Below are positions 35,094 to 44,000 of a stretch of DNA of 47,404 nucleotides, piece by piece. The stretch is from Eubacteriales bacterium (GTDB lineage Bacteria > Bacillota > Clostridia > Oscillospirales > CAG-272): contig JAZQVZ010000053.1 in assembly GCA_045632105.1 (NCBI GenBank), positions 1 to 47,404 of the forward strand. Direction: 5' to 3'. The stretch's first letter is position 1, and every line of letters starts with the position of its first letter. A program made the position numbers and the translations under genes. Below the pieces are notes generated by a model. The model did no database searches and was not told the DNA's origin. It saw only the letters and a list, made by a program, of their open reading frames with translations.

Positions 35094-38000
35094 ATGAAAA
35101 AAAGAATTGCTTTGACAGCTTTTTTGGCATTGTGTGTAGCTATCGCGCTATCCATTGTGCCGATGAGCGTTTTTGCAGCAGACACGACAGGCACCGAATT
35201 GGTGGGCACCAAGTTGACCGCTTCACATGCGGGTCAAACCCTGTCGGGTGATTATTACGTGGAGCCGGGCACTACGCTTACGTTGCGTGGCGGCACCGGA
35301 GTCAGCGGCTTGAAGGTAGATACAAACAAGACGTTGACGATCTACATTCCTGCTGACTCGATATTGTATCTGTATGGTGGGGCCGCAAGTGGTACAACCG
35401 GTGCAGGTGCAGGTGTTGAGGTCAATTTGGGATCCACGCTGAAAATTATCGGTAAAGGTAAGATATACGCCTACGGCGGTAAGGCTGCTAACGGTAGCAA
35501 CGGTGCAAACGGCGACGCTGCTACGTGGGGAGATGATTCAAATACATATATCCCAGACAGTGGATACGGCGGAGCCGGTGGCGGCGGCGCAGGTGCGGGT
35601 ATCGGTACCAAGGGTGGTGCCGGAGGTAGCGCCACGAGCTGGAGACTCGGTTTCTACGGTGGTCGTTCCACATGGACTGACAGTTTCAAGAATAAAAACA
35701 TCAGCGGTCCTGACGGATACAACGGTAATAACGGTAGTAGTGCAAGCGAGTGTGGCAAGATCTACATTTCTGCAGATATAGCATACACCGCAACAGGTGG
35801 TGCGGCAGGTACGTCCGGAGGTAGCGGCGGCAGCAGAGGTGCTTCCGACTACGAGAGTGACGATCACTGGATGCGCGGCTTGGCAGGTGGCTCCGGTGGC
35901 GGTGGCGGTGGCGCAGGTAAAGCTGGCGCTAACGTTGGTACCGGCGGCGGTGGTGGCGGCGGCGGTGGCTCCGGAGGAGCTTCCGGATACGCATGGTCCT
36001 ACCAGTTCCTTGGTGGCGGCGGTGGCGGCGGCGGCGCTGGCGCTGTAGGCGGCTCAGGCGGAGCATGGGGCTCTGATAGTTCGATATCCGGCTGTAAGGA
36101 ATATTGGCTTTTCGGTGGTGTGGAGAGAGTTTCCACATCGGGCTCTTCGGGTGGCACTTCCACCGGTGGATCCGGCGGAAAGGGCGCAAAGGTAAAGATC
36201 ACAGACTGGAGCGAGAGCTATTGGGAATACCCATACGGCGGTTACGGTGGCAAAGGTGGCGATGCTGGTAGCAACTGCAGCACAACAACTGTCCAGAAGC
36301 TTTATGACGTTACCATTGATGTTGACGGCGAGGTGATCGGTACATATCTTGCAAGCGCAACAGAATTCCTTCCCGAGAGCCTTGAGATCCCCACAAGATC
36401 CGGATACGCTTTTGATGGCTTCTACGCAGGCGACGTCGAATACTATGACGCAACCGGCGCAAGAACATCTGCGCAAATTACCGCAGATACAAACATCTCG
36501 GCTAAATTCACAGCTAATTCTTATAATTTCAACATAAACTCCTCGGACGGTAGTACAGGCGGCGGCGCAGGTGCCGGCGGCACGGTTAGTTATGATGACG
36601 GAATCACATTGACCACTCCGTCCCGTGAAGGTTATTTGTTCCGTGGGTGGAAGGTCAGCGTAACTAACGGTTCAATCAGCCCAGATGCATATTACACGTA
36701 TGCTTCTGCAGACTCAATGGCGAGAATGGCTCGTGCGGCTAATTTGGAAAGTGAGGATTTCATCCACATTAACGGGTCGGCGATTACCGGAGGATTTGAA
36801 AAGATTGGTCAGAGCGTAACGCTTTACAATCTTTCTTCTGATCCTGGTGCAGATATCAACATCGAGGAAATTTGGGTAGAGGATAGCTTTACCGTTACAT
36901 TTAAGAATTTTGATGGTGAAATCCTCGGCAAGCAGAGTGGACAGTATCTTGACACCTTGAGAAGCCCCATGCTTCCCAATACTCAAAATGAATACTTCAC
37001 ATACACGTTCAAATATTGGAAGTGTAATATTGACAATGAATACTATACATCCGAGGAACTACCGTTCCTTGGCGCATTCCTTGAATACGAGAGCACGTTT
37101 GGCGACGCCGTTTATGACGGAGTTACCTTTACTGCAGTATATAAGATATCCGAATACAAGAAGGGTATAAAGCTTGACGGATCTCTTGAAAATAACAACC
37201 TCACCAGTGACGGTAAATTGGTATTAAACAGTGGTGATACTAATGTTGACGTTATTACCAACTTTAAGATCACTAATAATGACGGCGTGGCAACAATGCT
37301 TTTGATTCCTGAGTACGACGCAAGCGCATTCTCGATCAAGGCAATATCTGTAAATGGTGAGCTTGTATACGGCACAGGCGCTACATCCAAGACGGTTTTG
37401 AACGGATTTGACGTAATCGTTACGGGTGACGAAACAGCAGGCGACACACTCAAGATCCTTTTGGATAATCTCACCCCCGACGCATCAACAAGTGATGAAA
37501 TATTCATCCAGATCGTATACGTTATGAATACGGCAATCGGTGGAGAGTATAACTTTGGATTTGTAACCAAGCATGCAGAAACCACCGACGAGATCACACA
37601 TGGTGACCGAAGCGAGGCTTACGGAACATACGATCCCGACATAAACAGTCAGACTGATGCATACAAGTTCAACGAGCTCAAGATTACTGTAGATAGCACT
37701 GCAATCAAGGTTGTTATCCGTGCTACCGGTGAGATAACTATTGCTCCTGATCAGACGTTTGTTTACAACGGTCAGATGATGAGCGCAGCAGACGTCAGCG
37801 AGATGATCGCAAACGTATTGCAGTTCACATACAACGGCTTTGCAAAGAAGGAAAACAACACCTTGATGATCAAGTGGTACGACGAGCAGGGCAGAGAGCT
37901 TACAAGCGCACCTAAGAATGTCGGTACATATCAGATAGGTATTTCCGCAGCTGAAACTACGTATTATACTCCCGTTGCAGAGGTAAGAGCAACATTTACA

Positions 38001-41000
38001 ATCACTCCTTACAAAATTTACGTAAGCGCAGGCGACCAGAGCTTTGAATACAACGGCGGCAACGTCGTAATAGGCGGCACTACTGCAGGCGATGCTCTCT
38101 ATACAAAGGACGCTGAAGGTAATTTGGTACCCGTAGATGCGTTTGTAAATTCCGAGATAATCATCAGTGGCGTAACTCTTAACGGCACCTATGTTAATGC
38201 GGGCACTTATACAGACGTTATTCAGGGAGTTCTCCAGTGCATCGGTAACGGTTCGCTTGATAACTACACCGTTGTATACGAAAACGGCAACTTGACGATC
38301 ACCAAGGCAGAAAACGACTGGACAATTCTTCCCGGCGACAAGACTGTTGAGTATTCGGGCAATATCGTTGGTATTGACAACGTTAGCGCTAATTTTGGTG
38401 AAGTCAAGATCGAATATCTTGTAGGCTACGAAAGCACAGCGAATGGCGAAATAGTTCCGATCTGGAGCGAAACACCTCCTACAAACGCTGGTACATATCC
38501 TGTAAAAGTAACTGTTACAGGTAATGACAACTATTCCGATCTTTTGTGTGAAGTGAATCTCATAATCACCAAGAAGGTAATTTATGGTGATGGATTTACC
38601 TTTGGATCTATCGATAAGATCTACAATGGTCAGGCACAGGTTTGGACCACGTTGGAGTATGGTTCTGACGGTCAGATAGAAACCGATGAGGAGATATGGA
38701 TAATCGCATCCGGAAGTAACTCGGAATTTTTGCAGTATATCAGATTTGCAGGATTGATTTATCCTCAGGATTGCATCAATGCAGGCACTTACACCTTGCA
38801 GGCACTCCTTAATATCTCTAATCCCAACTACACATTCATCTTGGATGATGAAGAAGTAGACACCTGGACATGTGACGTGGAGGTTGAAATCCAGAAGCGC
38901 AAGGTTATCGTAACCACAGATGATCAGGAAGCAATTTACAGCGGATATGAGCCTACGGTAGGCCAGGGTCAGGGTTATGTAACGATCACACTTGAGGACG
39001 GCACAACACCCGACTATCTCGCATTAAACTTCTTTGGCGGATACGCATACACATTCGCAGGTAGCGAATTTGATGCAAACGCTACGTATTACGTATATTA
39101 TAAGAGCGAGGACGGCGGGTATTATCAGGCGGTTACTCTCTCGGCAGAGGAGTTTGAAAACAATAAGGCCCTTGAAAACCCCGTTCAGTATTACGTGATT
39201 GCACATGTTGAGCCTTCCGAGATCCTCACATTGATCAAGGCATCCGGTGTAAATGCGGGTGAATATGAATTGTCTGCGATTTTGGAAACTATCAACGGCA
39301 ACTATGAGATCGTTGAGATCAATACTGCTGTATTTACGATCAACAAACAGCTTGTTCCCGTTCCTTCGCTTGGAATACTGATCTACAACGGTCAGACACA
39401 GATCCCTGCTGTTCCCGAGGGATATGAGGGTGTTTATGAGTTTGTTGGCGGAGGCAAGAACGTTGGCGTATACACTCTCACCGCAGTTCTTCTTGATAAG
39501 GATAACTACGCGTGGGAGAACGTTACAAGCATTAACGTAGCATCTCTTCCTACAAACCGCAACTTTACGGTAGAGATCGAGGGTCGCACGATCATCCTGG
39601 GGTACGCGGATATTGCGGATTATACAACAATAAACTTTGTGCTTTCCGCAGGTATGTATGCTGGTACAACTATTGACTCGACGTCCGATGATATAGTTCT
39701 TCCTTGGTACATCGACCAGAAGACTATTGTCCTGGTATATCCCGATGCAACAGAGAACTATGTGTACGGAGCATTTGTAAACGACATTATAGATGCCTTG
39801 GGCGATCCTGTTTGGAAAGACGGTGTAGCTCCCTTTGAGGGAGATGAATGGACCGAAATCCATTGGCTTAACATCGATTACGGCATTTATGCATATCCCG
39901 AGGTAGGCACACACAGCTTGGTGATTTCCCAGGGAATGTTTAACACCAACTACAATGTTCTTATAGAGGGTGGCCGCGTTGAGATTACAGAGAAGATCCT
40001 TACAGAGGATGAGGTCAAGAGTGAGATCTCCACAGTAATCAAGCACTACACCGGACAGACACTTGTACTTGACGCCAATGGTGATTTCGTTATCACTTTG
40101 TTTGATTACAATCACGACAGCCCTGCCAATGCACAGCACGTATTCTACGTAACTGATGTTGATACGCTGAATCATATCAACGCTAACGGTTGGATGAACG
40201 ATGATGTTTTCGATTACTACATTGACGAAGAAACCGGAAAGATCTACGTTCGCGTTACCGTAGCATTGACAGATGAGGTAAAGGCAAACTATAAGCTTGA
40301 AGGTGACGTTGAGTCCTTTACGTTTGACGTTGAGGCATATATTGCAAAGGCAGAGAACGAGTGGACACATGATCCTGAGGTTGATGCTAGCGATGTTCAG
40401 AATATCAAAACATATGCAAGTGCTTTGTTTGGAAATATTAACGATGTTGAGTTCTTCTTGGACCAGAATTGTACGATTTCTGTAAGCAAAGAGGACTTGC
40501 ATGCAGGTACGACCTATTACGCTAAGTTTACCATTACGGATAACAACAACTATTATGGGCTTGAAGCTATAATCGACTTCTCCGTTGATTATATTATAAT
40601 CAACATGCCCAACGTCCGCCTTGATAGTGCAACGGGCGATAAAGCAGGCGAGGGAAATGTAGTATCTATCTTCTATGACGGTCAGATACACACGTTCTAT
40701 GTTCCCACCAGCGACGCATACACCGTAACGTTCAGATCTGAGGGTGAGTGGAAGAACGTAGGAATTTACACCGTAACGATCGCTCTTACAGATAGCAACG
40801 CTATGTGGAGAGATATCTACACACAGCGTGAACTTACGTATAGACTGCAGATCAACAAGAAGACTCTTGTTATTACGGCTGATAATGAGGTGATCACCTT
40901 TGGTGATGCTGCTCCTCAGTACACAGTTACCGCAAACGGACTTGTAGACGGTGAAACCATCGTGGGTCTTCTCGGTAACGAGCTTGCAAGCTATGTAAGC

Positions 41001-44000
41001 TGCATGTACACTCAGGGAGATAACGTAGGCACGTACCCGATAGAGCTTCTCAACGAGATCAAGGATGCTCTTACAAATTACCAGATCACGCTTAGAAACG
41101 GTACGTTGACTGTTAACAGGCTTGTATTTGGTTATGATGACATTACATCCACTGACGGATCAACGTTTGAGGATCTGATCAACAACGGTCCCTCCTTCAT
41201 CTACGATAGCGAGGGAAAGGAAGTGGCTGTTGAAACTCTTCCCGACGAGCTTGAGATTACAATTGTTTATAAGGATGCAGAGGGTAATATTCTTACAGAT
41301 AAGCCCACTGATGCAGGCGAATATACTGTTGAGGTCACAGTAAATGTCAAGGATGGCTACAACGCAAACAATTATTATATTCCTGCAGGCTCCGAGATTC
41401 AGTTGACTATCGAAAAGGCACAGATGACCATTACCGTCAATAATCAGGAGCATGATTATGACGGAAACGATCACAGCGGAAAGATACCCTTCGGAACCTA
41501 CACAATTGTTGTGAATAACGGACAGAACTTGGTCGGCGGTGTTACACTTACCATAAGCGGTGAGTACATCAATGCCGGAACCTATGCTGACAAGATCTCC
41601 GCTACGCACAGCTATAACACAAACAACTACGAAGTTACAATTATTAAGGGTGATCTTACCGTCAACAAGGTTGATAACTCTTGGGATTTCGATCTTGAGG
41701 TGGGAGATAACCTTGAATACGGTCAGGATTCCGTTGTGGACGGTTCTTACTTCTTCTCCAACCCCAGATTTGGAGACAGCGACGTAACCTACACGTTCTA
41801 TGAATTGATCAATGGCAGCTGGGTTCGCTTCAGTGGTGTTCCTACCAACGCAGGTGAATACTACGTTATAGCAAGTGTTCCTGGTACCGACAACTATAAT
41901 GAGCTTGTTTCCGGACGCATTGAGTTCAGGATCAGACAGGCAATCGTTACACTTGACGGTATTGTCTTTGAGGATTCTGCTGTAATCTACAACGGCGAGG
42001 CTCATTCTATTGTGGTAACCCCCAATGAGTATTCCGAGTTCTTTAACATCAGCTATGTTGGCAACGGACGCATAAACGCAGGTACATATAGCGTAAGCGC
42101 AACGTTTGTACTTGTTGATCAGCGCAACTATGTGCTTGACGGTGCCGACACACTGTCTGCAGAGCTTGTGATAGATACCGTTAAGGTTACTATCACAGCA
42201 AACAACGATTCGTCTATGTACGGTGAAGCTATCAACACACTCACCTACGGAATTGCTTTTGAAGGTGCAGAGGGATATGACAGCTTCTATGCAAACAACA
42301 TCGGTCGCATAGTGCTCACAACCGATGCAACCAGCTGGTCGAACGTTGGTGATTACAATATTCTGGTTAACTACACCTCTAATAATAACTACGAGGTTAC
42401 AGTGAACAACGGAACTTATGAGATCACTAAGTTCATAGATAATGATATCTTTGATATTACATCGAGCGACGTGAACTACCTGATGGATCTTATCTATTCG
42501 GCAAACGCACTTCGCGGAGAAACCACGATAGAGTTTACATTTGCTACTTCTGCGGAAGGTCCTTTCACCGGCGAGCTTCCCAAGAACGTAGGCACTTACT
42601 ACATCAAGGCAACTGTTCCCGAAACGGATAACTATGAAGGCGCAGAAGCAATTGGATCCTTTGATATTACTAAGGCTACACTTAGTGCTATTACGGGAAT
42701 CACATACAATGCGGATACAGCAACCTGGAATGCAGTAGTTACCACTACGGACGGCAAGCAGGTAGATTGCGACGTTACATACCTGGTAGGCGGAAACAAT
42801 CTTACGGCTCCTATCTTTACTGCAACCAATACGGGCAGCTTCAGCGTAATAGCAGTAGCTGCTGACAGTGCAAACTACAATGACAGTGAAGCGGTTACTC
42901 TTGTAACTGTTTATAGCGTAAGCTTTGCTGATAAGGTTGAAAACCACGACAAGCAGCAGAACCTTGCAGACATGACTGATGCAGCTTTTGCAACCCAGTA
43001 CCGTTTTGCAGGCCAGGCGGCTACCAGACCCGATATGATTCCTACTATTGTAGGATACACATTCCGTGCATGGCAGCTTGACAATGCTGATTACAGCTTT
43101 GCCGACGGTGTATATGACAACGTTACACTTTACGCGGATTGGACCGTTAACAGATACACACTCAACTTCTACAACGAGGTAGTGAGTGGCAGCGGCATTG
43201 TTAACGGAGTATTTGTGGAGGGAACACTTTCTGCAGAATTCCTGACATCTTACACCGTAACATACGGATCACCCTTCAATCTCACCGGTGTTCATATCCC
43301 GACCAAGGATGCTGATGCGGTTTATACATACGTATTTGCATACTGGGCAGATGCTCTTCGCGGAACCGAGTTTGACAGCACGATCTACGTATATGACAAC
43401 ATGGACTTCTATGCTGTTTATGCAAGTGATGCAAGAGAATTCACCATCACATATATGGTTTCCATTGACGGCGGTGCATATATGCAGCATGGGGTTGTAA
43501 CCCTGCCTTACGGAGCTGATCTTGTAAGCCTCGGTAATGTAACTTGGTTTGTTGGTGACACATGGTATACCGATGCCGACAGACTTGTTTCTGCACCCGA
43601 CTTTGTTCCTGCAGGAGACATGACTCTCTACGGAGCATATGTGTTCGATATCGGTGCAGGTGACGTTAACGCAGACGGAACAATTGACACTGACGACATA
43701 GTTAACTACCGTCGCTTTGTTGTTGGCGGTTACAATATCGTAATGGTTGAAGCGGGAACCGAATGGTCTCTCGTTAACTCCGATGATTTTGATCCTTCCA
43801 AGACCTACTATCTTGTTCGCGTTTCGGATGCAAACCGAGATGACAGCGGAGATATCAGAGATATTACTACTATCCGTATGGCATTGACAGGTGGATACGG
43901 TTACATCATTGAGACAAACGGCTCCGTAACAGGAGAGTCTGTCAATACTGTTATGAATACCATTGCCGGTGTTAAGGATCCCGAGGAGCTCCAGAGCGCA

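Noticed and set aside
35886-36062. Considered whether the short tandem repeats here could be a CRISPR array or a VNTR-type non-coding repeat.
   Set aside because: The repeat unit is 3 nt, in frame, and encodes Gly runs. There is no repeat-spacer architecture anywhere in the window.
35503-36537. Several 60-140-aa ORFs in alternative frames and on the opposite strand over the Gly-rich region (Ala/Pro/Arg-rich translations).
   Set aside because: They are a by-product of GGN-repeat, GC-rich composition inside a continuous 10-kb reading frame.
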